The notes: generated by a model not told the origin, from the letters alone. A stretch of 32,000 nt of DNA from Thermosulfurimonas dismutans (GCF_001652585.1 NZ_LWLG01000011.1:1-32000), one strand, 5' to 3'. Numbered from the stretch's first letter, positions 24,480 to 32,000 are shown. Translations and numbers: made by a program.

Positions 24480-25688
24480 ATGGACAGCTTTGCCAATTAC
24501 ATAAATACCTTAAGAGATGTAAGCGGATTACCTTTCTATCCCTGGCTTTTTGACATTCTATTAGTCTTCACCTTCACATGCCACATTCTCTTGGTAAACC
24601 TCGTCCTCGGTGGCTCGATCGTTCTCCTCTGGGGAAAACTTTCCGGGAATCCTTATGGAGGAAGACTTTCCAGATCTTTGTCTCGGGTCTTACCCATCTC
24701 TCTCTCCTGGGCTATCGTCTTAGGGGTAGCCCCTCTCCTTTTTATTCAGGTCATATATGACCCCTTCTGGTACTTTTCGAGTGTCATTTCTGCTTGGTGG
24801 ACCCTGGCCTTTCTGGCTTTGATCGCTCTGGCCTTTTCCCTCTTCTATGTTTACTACCTCCGGGGAGGGTACGAGGGACAGGGAAATCCTCTTTGGGTGT
24901 TCCTCGCACTGGCGGCTCTATCCACTGTCGCGGTCATTATTCACGCCCTATCACTTCAAGCTGTCCATCCCGAGAGGTGGTCTGAGTGGGTAGTGAAGGG
25001 AGGGCGGGTGAATTTCAGCGGAAGTGGCCTTTATGCCTTTGAATTGCCGCGTATTTTACACTTCATTCTAGCCTCTGTAGCCATAATCGGCATATTCCTA
25101 ATGCTTTATGCCCGTTATTTCAGGGCCCGACCAGATTATCCCTCCGAATATCTGGCGTGGGTAGAACGGACAGGCGCCAGAACGGCTTTCGTTTTCTCTC
25201 TGCTGCAGGCCGGCGCGGGCATTTGGTGGTTCCTTACCCTTCCTAGGACCTTTCATTTTTACATTCATCCCCTCTTCCTCATAGGAGCTGGTTTTGGCAT
25301 AACCCTTATCGTGGTCTTGGCTCTAGCACAGGCCAGACCCTCGGCCTATACCTGGCCCGTTACCATCCTGGCCTTTCTTACGGTCTTTTTCATGAGTTAT
25401 GCTCGAGAAGCCTTGCGTATGAAATATCTTCATCGTGCGGGTTACTCCTTTGCCGATTATCCCGTCCACCCCAGCTGGTCCTCCACTGCTCTTTTCCTTC
25501 TCACGTTCGTTATGGGGCTTGTAATCCTTTTCTATGTAGGGTTGGTGGCCTTTAGGGCCGGACGGGGGCATAAGGAAGTAGGAAGTCATGGACTCGGTAA
25601 ATTGGCCGTTACCCTTAGTTGTCTCTGGATCGGAATTATGGTGGTTATAGGACTTGTCATCTCTTTCAAGAACGGCGCCCTGCCATAG
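24480..25688 (+). CDS. Polytopic membrane protein (about 9-10 TM), probable partner subunit of the preceding protein
   Basis: The Shine-Dalgarno AGGAGGA begins 12 nt upstream of the ATG. TM1 (VFTFTCHILLVNLVLGG) again carries a His in a CydA-TM1-like context. I recognise no soluble domain. Confidence 0.78.
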   Translation: MDSFANYINTLRDVSGLPFYPWLFDILLVFTFTCHILLVNLVLGGSIVLLWGKLSGNPYGGRLSRSLSRVLPISLSWAIVLGVAPLLFIQVIYDPFWYFSSVISAWWTLAFLALIALAFSLFYVYYLRGGYEGQGNPLWVFLALAALSTVAVIIHALSLQAVHPERWSEWVVKGGRVNFSGSGLYAFELPRILHFILASVAIIGIFLMLYARYFRARPDYPSEYLAWVERTGARTAFVFSLLQAGAGIWWFLTLPRTFHFYIHPLFLIGAGFGITLIVVLALAQARPSAYTWPVTILAFLTVFFMSYAREALRMKYLHRAGYSFADYPVHPSWSSTALFLLTFVMGLVILFYVGLVAFRAGRGHKEVGSHGLGKLAVTLSCLWIGIMVVIGLVISFKNGALP

Positions 25689-25695
25689 GTTATAT

Positions 25696-25724
25696 CTGAC
25701 AAGCCTTCCAAAAAGGCTTATAAT
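25696..25724 (+). promoter_or_regulatory. Sigma-70-type promoter CTGACA-17-TATAAT for the epimerase/OFOR gene block
   Basis: CTGACA is at 25696-25701 and TATAAT at 25719-25724, with an exact 17-nt spacer. The spacer also forms the hairpin AAGCCTT-ccaaa-AAGGCTT (25701-25719). The Shine-Dalgarno AAGGGGG is at 25744-25750 and the ATG at 25755. Confidence 0.6.
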
Positions 25725-25754
25725 AGGCCCATCTAAAAGCTCTAAGGGGGTTTT

Positions 25755-26726
25755 ATGGCTTGGATTCTGGTTACAGGTGCAGCGGGTTTTATTGGCTGGA
25801 AGACCTGTGAGTTGCTTCTCGCCGAGGGTCATCAAGTCCTCGGAGTGGACAACCTTAACGACTATTATGACATCCGACTCAAGGTCTGGCGAAGGGATCA
25901 GCTTGCATGCCACTCAAACTTCAAGTTCTTCAACCTAGACATCGAAAATTACGGGGCCCTAAAACTCCTCTTTGAGGCCTTTCCTATCGAGGCCGTTATA
26001 AACCTGGCGGCCCGGGCCGGGGTGAGAGCCAGCATCGAGGACCCTTGGGTCTACTACCGCACCAATGTAGAAGGCACCCTCAATCTCCTTGAGCTCATGC
26101 GCAAGAAGGGCGTAAAAAAGATGGTCTTGGCCTCGACCTCTTCCGTTTACGCCGGATCACCGCTCCCCTACCGGGAAGATCTTCCGGTAAGCCGGCCCCT
26201 TTCCCCTTACGCCGCAAGCAAGAAAGCCGCTGAGGTATTGACCTACAGTTATCATCACCTCTATGATCTCGATATCTCTGTTCTTCGTTACTTTACGGTT
26301 TATGGCCCGGCAGGTCGGCCGGATATGAGCTACTTCCGCTTCATCAAGTGGATTGACGAGGGCCGTCCGGTTATCGTTTACGGCGACGGCACCCAGGCTC
26401 GCGACTTTACTTATGTGGACGATATTGCCCGGGGTACAGTAAAGGCCTTAAAGCCCCTAGGTTACGAGATTATAAATCTCGGGGGAGGGAAAAACCCGGT
26501 CTCCATCAACACCCTCATCGAAAAAATCGAAAATCTTCTCGGTAAAAAGGCCCAGGTAGAATACCGGGAATTTCACAATGCGGACATGAAGGTCACCTGG
26601 GCCGAGATCGGAAAGGCCAAAGAACTTCTTGATTGGCAACCGGAAGTAGAACTTGACAAAGGTCTTTCTATAACGGTATCCTGGTATTTAGAAAACCGGG
26701 ATTGGCTAAAAAAGATCCCGGTTTAA
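25755..26726 (+). CDS. NAD-dependent nucleotide-sugar epimerase (SDR family, UDP-glucuronate 4-epimerase-like)
   Basis: 323 aa. The Rossmann motif is VTGAAGFIG and the catalytic motif is YAASK (YxxxK). VDNLNDYYD is typical of the GalE/WbnF-like subgroup. Confidence 0.9.
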   Translation: MAWILVTGAAGFIGWKTCELLLAEGHQVLGVDNLNDYYDIRLKVWRRDQLACHSNFKFFNLDIENYGALKLLFEAFPIEAVINLAARAGVRASIEDPWVYYRTNVEGTLNLLELMRKKGVKKMVLASTSSVYAGSPLPYREDLPVSRPLSPYAASKKAAEVLTYSYHHLYDLDISVLRYFTVYGPAGRPDMSYFRFIKWIDEGRPVIVYGDGTQARDFTYVDDIARGTVKALKPLGYEIINLGGGKNPVSINTLIEKIENLLGKKAQVEYREFHNADMKVTWAEIGKAKELLDWQPEVELDKGLSITVSWYLENRDWLKKIPV

Positions 26727-26735
26727 GGGGGGAGG

Positions 26736-28373
26736 GTGGAGGTTTCCGTTCTTTTTGGGGGCCGGGCCGGAGACGGGATTAGGCAATTGGGGCAGCTCTG
26801 GGCCCGGATGCTTTCCCGCCGAGGATTTAGGGTCTTCCTCTACGACGACTACCCTTCCCTTATAAGAGGCGGACACAACTTTACCATTGTAAGGTCCTCA
26901 ACCGAACCCATCCTCGCTCACCGGGAGAAGGTAGATCTTATCGTGGCCCTAAATCAGGAGGCCGTAGAAAAACACGCCTGGCGTCTCCTTTCCGAGGTAG
27001 ACTTAGTTTTTGATAGTACAGCCGTAAAGGCTCAAGGCTTCGGTGTACCTTGGAAGGAAATAGTTAAGGAATTTTCGGCCCCGCCCATCATGCGGAATAC
27101 GGCTGCCTTGGCTTCGACGGCCAAGCTTTTCGGAATATCCTTTCAGGAAGTGGAAGAAAGTATCAAAAAAGACCTCCCCAAAAAAACAGAACTTAATCTT
27201 TCGGTAGCTCACAGGGCCTATGAACTTACGGAAGGGCATCTGCGGAAACTTTCAAGGCCAGGAAATGATCCCTGGCCCACCCTTTTCGGAAATGAGGCCA
27301 TTGCCCTGGGAGCAGTTTCTGCAGGGCTTAAACTATATGTAGCCTATCCTATGACCCCTTCCTCTTCCATCCTCCACTATCTTGCCCAGCACGGGGAAAG
27401 CCTCGGCGTAACCACTATCCATCCCGAAAACGAGATCGCGACCATTCTCTGTGCCTTGGGTGCGGCCTATGCCGGAAAACCTGCTATGGTTGGGACTTCC
27501 GGTGGTGGTTTTGCCCTTATGGTGGAGGCCTTGAGTCTTGCCGGCCAGGCCGAACTTCCCATCGTGATCGCCGAGTGCCAGCGGCCCGGGCCGAGCACCG
27601 GGGTGCCCACCTACACCATGCAGGCGGACCTCAATTTCGTGCTTTCGGCGGGACACGGGGAATTTCCTAGGTTGGTAGTGGCTCCTGGAGATGCGGAGGA
27701 GGCCTTCTATCTTACGGCCCTTTCCCTGAAGCTTGCCTGGAAGTATCAAATCCCGGCCTTCGTGCTTTCCGATAAACATGTAAGCGAGAGTCTTTTCACC
27801 CAGCAACTACCTTTTGACGAGGTCCCGAAAGTGGCCTTCAAGGCTTGGGATGGCCAGGGAGAATACAGACGTTACGAAATTACCGCAGACGGGGTCTCGC
27901 CCTTGGCCTTTCCGGGAGACCCCGGGGCCGTGGTCAAGGTCTCCTCTTACGAACACGATCCCTACGGTATTACCACCGAGGAACCCGAGACCATCGCCCG
28001 CATGCAAGAAAAAAGACTGAGTAAGGCCAAACTTTTAAAGGAAGAAATAGAATCCCTTTCTCCGGTAAAGATCGAGGGAGAGGGCGAAGTAGGGCTTCTC
28101 GTCTGGGGTTCCACCCGCGGGGCCGCCCTTGAGGTCTCCCGCAAACTCGGTCTCAAGTACATTCAGCCTCTGGTACTTGAACCCTTGCCCGAAGAGGCCC
28201 TCCGGAAAGCCCTTTCCGGGGTAAAAAGACTCATTGTGGCCGAAACCAACGCCACCGGTCAACTGGCCCGTCTTCTTAAAGCCCGCGGGCTCAGCGTAGA
28301 CAAGACCATCTTAAAATACGACGGCCGCCCCTTTACAGTGGAGGATCTAGAACGAAGCGTCGCGGGAGTATAA
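26736..28373 (+). CDS. 2-oxoacid:ferredoxin oxidoreductase alpha subunit (gamma and alpha domains fused)
   Basis: The GTG start follows GGGGGGAGG. The N-terminal gamma-like domain reads GGRAGDGIRQLGQLWARML. The alpha domain has YPMTPSS. Substrate specificity cannot be read from the sequence. Confidence 0.9.
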   Translation: MEVSVLFGGRAGDGIRQLGQLWARMLSRRGFRVFLYDDYPSLIRGGHNFTIVRSSTEPILAHREKVDLIVALNQEAVEKHAWRLLSEVDLVFDSTAVKAQGFGVPWKEIVKEFSAPPIMRNTAALASTAKLFGISFQEVEESIKKDLPKKTELNLSVAHRAYELTEGHLRKLSRPGNDPWPTLFGNEAIALGAVSAGLKLYVAYPMTPSSSILHYLAQHGESLGVTTIHPENEIATILCALGAAYAGKPAMVGTSGGGFALMVEALSLAGQAELPIVIAECQRPGPSTGVPTYTMQADLNFVLSAGHGEFPRLVVAPGDAEEAFYLTALSLKLAWKYQIPAFVLSDKHVSESLFTQQLPFDEVPKVAFKAWDGQGEYRRYEITADGVSPLAFPGDPGAVVKVSSYEHDPYGITTEEPETIARMQEKRLSKAKLLKEEIESLSPVKIEGEGEVGLLVWGSTRGAALEVSRKLGLKYIQPLVLEPLPEEALRKALSGVKRLIVAETNATGQLARLLKARGLSVDKTILKYDGRPFTVEDLERSVAGV

Positions 28374-28377
28374 AAAA

Positions 28378-29232
28378 ATGCCCATCACCAAAGAAAAAGA
28401 TCTTCTAGCCACCTATGCCGAAAACACCTGGTGCCCGGGCTGCGGAAATTTTGGTCTTCTTGCGGCGGTAAAGAAGGTTCTTAAAGAATTCAGGGAAAAA
28501 AACGAACTTCACCGCCTGGTGATGGTCTCAGGGATCGGCTGCCACGCAAAGATCGTGGACTACGTACCGGTAAATAGCTTTTATTCTATTCACGGACGGG
28601 TGCTCCCGGTGGCCTGGGGTATAAAGCTGGCCCACCCCGAACTCACCGTGATCGGACACGCCGGCGATGGAGACGCTTATGGGGAGGGCCTAGCCCATCT
28701 CATCTTTGCCGCCAAGAGAAATACCGACCTCACCTTTATCGTCCACAACAACTCCGTCTATGGGCTTACCACCGGGCAATTTACACCCACAAGCCCCAAG
28801 GGGTTTAAGGGCCGCTCCACCCCTAAGGGCAGCCCCGAGACCCCCATCAATCCCATTGAACTTTTGCTTGCCAGCGGAGCCACTTTCGTGGCCCGAGGGT
28901 ATGTCGGCAAACTCGAACACCTAGCCAATCTCATCCGCGAGGCTATCCGTCACCGGGGTTTTGCCTTTATTGATGTCCTTCAGCCCTGCTACACCTTCTT
29001 CAACACTTACGAGTTTTACAACCAGCATGTAAAAGAAATCAGCCCCGAACACGATTCCCGGGACTTCTCAGCCGCTATGGAGCTGGCCCTCAAATGGTCT
29101 TACAGTTTTGAAGCCGAAGAGATCCCTATCGGAATTTTCTACCAGACCGAAAAACCGGTTTACGAGGACGCCGTTATTGTCCCGGAAAAGAAGGTTGACC
29201 TCGGAGAACACTTCCGGCATTATCACCTCTGA
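28378..29232 (+). CDS. 2-oxoacid:ferredoxin oxidoreductase beta subunit (TPP-binding)
   Basis: 284 aa. Motifs are WCPGCGNF, GIGCH and the TPP motif GDGDAYGEG...NNSVYGLT. Confidence 0.92.
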   Translation: MPITKEKDLLATYAENTWCPGCGNFGLLAAVKKVLKEFREKNELHRLVMVSGIGCHAKIVDYVPVNSFYSIHGRVLPVAWGIKLAHPELTVIGHAGDGDAYGEGLAHLIFAAKRNTDLTFIVHNNSVYGLTTGQFTPTSPKGFKGRSTPKGSPETPINPIELLLASGATFVARGYVGKLEHLANLIREAIRHRGFAFIDVLQPCYTFFNTYEFYNQHVKEISPEHDSRDFSAAMELALKWSYSFEAEEIPIGIFYQTEKPVYEDAVIVPEKKVDLGEHFRHYHL

Positions 29233-29816
29233 TGTCCATGGGAGACACTCATCGACTCCTGGTGCGCTACACCAGGCTTCTGGCTAATACCGGACTAATT
29301 TCTGGAAGCGAAGGCAATCTTTCGGTAAAACTTCCAGACCGCATTCTGGTCACGCCCGGAGGCGTAATAAAATCAGAAATCATTCCAGAGGACCTGGCGG
29401 AAGTGGAATTTTCCGGAAAAATTATCAGTGGAAAACCCACCTCCGAACTTCCCATGCATCTTGAGATCTATCGACAAGCCCCGGAGGCTGGCGCAGTAGT
29501 ACACACCCATCCCCCCTACACCCTGGCCTTGAGTCTTGCGGGTTTTGATTTTGGAAAACACTACCTGGCCGAAAGCCAAATCCTTCTACGCAGAATTGCG
29601 ACCGTCCCTTATTTTCCTCCTGGAAGCCAGGAGCTGGCCGAAGCCGCTGGAGAAGCCATAAAAGAGGGCCGAGTTATCATCCTCGCTCGCCACGGGGCCC
29701 TTACGGTGGGCAAAACCCTGGAGGAAGCTGTCAATCTGAGCCTGATTCTGGAAAAGGTTGCCAGGGTTATCTACTTAGCTCTAAACTTAAACCGCAAAAT
29801 AAAACCGCTAACATAA
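29232..29816 (+). CDS. Class II aldolase/adducin-family protein
   Basis: 194 aa. It has GNLSV, SELPMHLEIY and HTHPPY (metal-binding His residues). A TGATG overlap links it to the OFOR beta subunit. Confidence 0.87.
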   Translation: MSMGDTHRLLVRYTRLLANTGLISGSEGNLSVKLPDRILVTPGGVIKSEIIPEDLAEVEFSGKIISGKPTSELPMHLEIYRQAPEAGAVVHTHPPYTLALSLAGFDFGKHYLAESQILLRRIATVPYFPPGSQELAEAAGEAIKEGRVIILARHGALTVGKTLEEAVNLSLILEKVARVIYLALNLNRKIKPLT

Positions 29817-29817
29817 A

Positions 29818-29843
29818 GCTTGGGGCCCGCTTGGGCCCCAAGC
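29818..29843 (-). terminator. GC-rich hairpin GCTTGGGGCCC-gctt-GGGCCCCAAGC between the convergent aldolase and zinc-ribbon genes
   Basis: The stem is a perfect 11 bp. On the minus strand it is followed by TTTATGTT, a modest U-tract. On the plus strand it is followed by AAAAGG, so it is a weaker terminator in that direction. Confidence 0.55.
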
Positions 29844-29874
29844 AAAAGGAGGGAGGCAGGGAGGGGTAAGAAAG

Positions 29875-30027
29875 TTAAGAACACCTTTTCCGACTACATT
29901 TGGATGAAGCCTTAGCCTCACAGCCCTCCTTAACCATGGTTCCGGACTCCCCACACTCGGGACACTTTCTAGGTTTACACCGGCTCTCTTTGGTAGCCCC
30001 ACACTTGTCGCACTTCCAAACCGCCAT
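29875..30027 (-). CDS. Small (50 aa) Cys-rich zinc-ribbon/rubredoxin-like protein
   Basis: Absent from the track because it is under 60 aa. My translation is MAVWKCDKCGATKESRCKPRKCPECGESGTMVKEGCEAKASSKCSRKRCS. It has paired CxxC knuckles, and the ATG is preceded by AAAGGGGG with a 6-nt spacer. It reads in a different frame from the track ORF 29808..30002. Confidence 0.6.
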   Translation of the reverse strand: MAVWKCDKCGATKESRCKPRKCPECGESGTMVKEGCEAKASSKCSRKRCS

Positions 30028-30052
30028 CGCTAACCCCCTTTATTTTTGTCTT

Positions 30053-30082
30053 TAAGTTAATATACTTTCTCTACTTTGTCAA
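30053..30082 (-). promoter_or_regulatory. Candidate promoter TTGACA-18-TAACTT for the zinc-ribbon gene
   Basis: On the minus strand TTGACA is at 30082..30077. TAACTT is at 30058..30053, and an alternative TATATTAA lies closer to the -35. The leader is about 20 nt and contains the Shine-Dalgarno sequence. Confidence 0.3.
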
Positions 30083-30132
30083 GACTTTAGGAAGGCCCCC
30101 AAAAGCCTTTTATTAAATGTCCGAAATGGATA

Positions 30133-30160
30133 TTGACAGGTTTTAGTAACAAGTTAGCCT
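30133..30160 (+). promoter_or_regulatory. Candidate promoter TTGACA-16-TAGCCT followed by 9 nt and the GGDEF-gene ATG
   Basis: A perfect -35 is at 30133-30138, TAGCCT (TAnnnT) at 30155-30160 and the ATG at 30170. No Shine-Dalgarno sequence is present. Confidence 0.4.
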
Positions 30161-30169
30161 TTCTAGGCC

Positions 30170-31672
30170 ATGAATACCCTTGAAAAGTTGACCAAAGAAG
30201 GAGAAATAGAATTACCCTCTCTTCCCAGTGTAGTTTTAAAGTTACTCGAAGCCGTTAAAAACGACTCTTTCGAGGCCCTAGCTCATCTTATCAAATTTGA
30301 TCCGGCTCTAGCAACCAAGGTCCTCTCAGTAGCCAATTCTCCTCTTTTTTCGAGGGGAAAAAAAATTGAAAGTCTAGAGACTGCTATTTCTTTGCTAGGC
30401 ACTGAAATGATCAAGAATATTGCCCTCTCCTTTATTCTTGTCAAAAACTTCCAACGCCAAGAAAAAAACGAATTTGACTTCGAAAATTTTTGGAAAAGGG
30501 CTATCACAGCCGCCGTCTCTGCCGAGCTGATGGCCCAAAAACTAAGGCTTGCGGGAGACAAAATTTACCTTTCTGCTCTTCTTATGGATATTGGAATAGT
30601 GATTATGTTCTTATGTCGGCCAGATGATTACTTAAAGGTCTTTGATGAAAAAAGAGCAGAGAACCTGTCTACCGTAGAAGCAGAACGGAACATTTTCGGT
30701 TTTGACCATCAACAGGTAGGAGCCGAAATAACCTCTGCCTGGGGATTACCTGAGTATTTGCGAGATATGATACTATATCATCACTCTCCCGAAAAAGCCC
30801 CTTTAGAGATCCAAAAAGAGATCCAATTAATATCCTTCGCTGACAAAATGGCTGGTATTTATTTTGCTTTTCACGCCTTGGATAAGTATACCTATATTCT
30901 ACATCATGCCCAAAAATATCTGGCTTTTTCTCCTGAGGAAACAGAGAGCTTAGTAGATGAAGTGGCAGAAAAATCTCAAGAACTCCTTGAGATATTCGAT
31001 CTACCTGTAAGAGAACTGAAACCTTATTCCCAAATATTAGAAGAGGCAAACAGAGAACTCCAAAAACTAACTTTGAATTATGCGCAGCTTCTACAAAAAC
31101 TTAAAGAAGAAAAAGCGCGGGCCGAGGCCTTGGCCCAGAAGCTTAAAGAAGCCAACCAAAAGCTCATGGAAATGGCTATAAAGGATGGGCTTACAGGAGT
31201 TTTTAATCGGAGGTACTTCCAGGAAAGGCTCGCCGAAGAAGTTAATCGATTCAAACGATACAATGGAAGCCTTTCGGTAATAATTCTAGATATTGATCAT
31301 TTCAAAAAAATCAATGATACTTATGGACATCTCTTTGGAGACGAGGTCCTAAAAAAAATGGGGGCTATTTTAAAGACCGAAACTAGAGAGTGTGACCTCG
31401 TGGCCCGTTATGGAGGTGAGGAATTTGTCATTCTTCTTCCTTCAACGGATCTAAAAGGAGCTACCAGATTAGCCGAACGTCTACGTCAAAAAGTAGAAGA
31501 AACAGAATTTTCGTATGGAAACCAAAAGGTGAAAGTGACTATAAGCCTAGGGGTGGCTTCTATCTCTTCCCCTAGTGAAAAGACGGAAAAAGAACTTCTT
31601 TCGGTAGCAGACAAAGCCCTTTATTATTCTAAACATAAGGGCCGCAATCGGGTCACAGCGGTAAAGATTTAA
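30170..31672 (+). CDS. HDOD domain - coiled coil - GGDEF diguanylate cyclase
   Basis: The N-terminal HDOD domain reads LPSLPSVVLKLLEAV...FDPALATKVLSVANSPLF...LLG. The C-terminal GGDEF domain has the active-site RYGGEEF and an RxxD I-site (RECD) 5 residues upstream. Confidence 0.9.
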   Translation: MNTLEKLTKEGEIELPSLPSVVLKLLEAVKNDSFEALAHLIKFDPALATKVLSVANSPLFSRGKKIESLETAISLLGTEMIKNIALSFILVKNFQRQEKNEFDFENFWKRAITAAVSAELMAQKLRLAGDKIYLSALLMDIGIVIMFLCRPDDYLKVFDEKRAENLSTVEAERNIFGFDHQQVGAEITSAWGLPEYLRDMILYHHSPEKAPLEIQKEIQLISFADKMAGIYFAFHALDKYTYILHHAQKYLAFSPEETESLVDEVAEKSQELLEIFDLPVRELKPYSQILEEANRELQKLTLNYAQLLQKLKEEKARAEALAQKLKEANQKLMEMAIKDGLTGVFNRRYFQERLAEEVNRFKRYNGSLSVIILDIDHFKKINDTYGHLFGDEVLKKMGAILKTETRECDLVARYGGEEFVILLPSTDLKGATRLAERLRQKVEETEFSYGNQKVKVTISLGVASISSPSEKTEKELLSVADKALYYSKHKGRNRVTAVKI

Positions 31673-31675
31673 GAC

Positions 31676-32000
31676 ATGCAAGTTCCTAAAGGGTTTTCCT
31701 TTAATGCAGTCGAGGCAGGAATCAAGTACCAGGGACGGCCGGATGTAGGACTGATCTTTTCTGAAAAGCCCTCTTTTTGGAGCGGAGTCTTCACCAAAAA
31801 TGACGTTAAAGCTGCCCCTGTAATTTTAGGTCTTGAACGCCTCCGAAAACAATCGAAGATTCGGGCCATCTTGGTGAATAGCGGTTGCGCTAACGCCTGT
31901 ACCGGGGAGGCCGGCCTACGGGACGCCGAAATCGTTCTAACCGAATTGGCAAAGAACTTAAATCTTTCACCAGAGGAAATCCTCCCGGCCTCGACCGGGG
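31676..32000 (+). CDS. argJ: Bifunctional glutamate N-acetyltransferase/amino-acid acetyltransferase ArgJ (N-terminal part; runs off the window end)
   Basis: My translation is MQVPKGFSFNAVEAGIKYQGRPDVGLIFSEKPSFWSGVFTKNDVKAAPVILGLERL...ILVNSGCANACTGEAG. The VPKGF...AGIK and NSGxANACTG blocks are typical of ArgJ. Confidence 0.9.
   Translation, partial: MQVPKGFSFNAVEAGIKYQGRPDVGLIFSEKPSFWSGVFTKNDVKAAPVILGLERLRKQSKIRAILVNSGCANACTGEAGLRDAEIVLTELAKNLNLSPEEILPASTG

Noticed and set aside
29808-30002. Track ORF of 64 aa (MGLPKRAGVNLESVP...) on the minus strand.
   Set aside because: It has a GTG start, no Shine-Dalgarno sequence and a sequence that does not look like a protein. It also runs through the terminator hairpin. 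A different minus-strand frame encodes a much more convincing 50-aa zinc-ribbon protein (29875..30027).
1-32000. CRISPR arrays, tRNA or rRNA genes, transposases, integrases, prophage genes or toxin-antitoxin pairs.
   Set aside because: I saw no regularly spaced direct repeats. No intergenic gap is large enough for a tRNA gene, apart from 21004-21309 and 29817-30169, and neither of those shows a cloverleaf-like sequence. No ORF has recombinase or transposase motifs. The window looks like core chromosome rather than a mobile island.

Overview
This is a dense chromosomal window, mostly housekeeping, and its proteins have a thermophile-like composition (rich in E, K, R and L). LptD and a BON lipoprotein imply an outer membrane. 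Rubrerythrin, a 2-oxoacid:ferredoxin oxidoreductase and cobalamin genes fit an anaerobic lifestyle. I cannot name the organism from sequence alone.

I support 31 CDS, two of them cut by the window edges. One 50-aa zinc-ribbon gene is missing from the ORF track. I saw no rRNA, tRNA, CRISPR array, transposase or integrase. All identifications rest on motifs read from the supplied translations, or from my own translations, and compared with families from memory. No searches were run.

Gene order, left to right:
- sigma factor (partial), mnmG and a BON lipoprotein on the minus strand
- a small hypothetical gene
- a three-gene AddAB-type helicase-nuclease operon (minus strand)
- an orphan gene pair: a small membrane protein and an acidic protein
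- rubrerythrin, then cobQ (minus strand)
- dnaX-ybaB-recR
- cobO, nadE and lptD (minus strand)
- nadK, then YtxH-like and DUF948-like genes (minus strand)
- DUF1015, a YkgJ-like Cys-cluster protein, a cytochrome bd-like/cytochrome c fusion and a second polytopic membrane protein
- NAD-dependent epimerase, OFOR alpha and beta, class II aldolase
- small zinc-ribbon gene (minus strand)
- HDOD-GGDEF, argJ (partial)

The most interesting points:
1. An apparent four-gene operon at 21310-25688 ends in a CydA-like membrane protein fused to a mono-haem cytochrome c domain, followed by a paralogue-like partner.
2. AddA is split into a helicase ORF and a separate 172-aa PD-(D/E)XK nuclease ORF. They are joined by an ATGA overlap that sits on an A4 run.
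3. In seven transcription units the first gene has a -10-like hexamer 7-11 nt upstream of the ATG and no Shine-Dalgarno sequence. This suggests leaderless mRNAs, whereas operon-internal genes carry strong GGAGG sites.
4. The longest intergenic region contains a perfect 30-bp palindrome.
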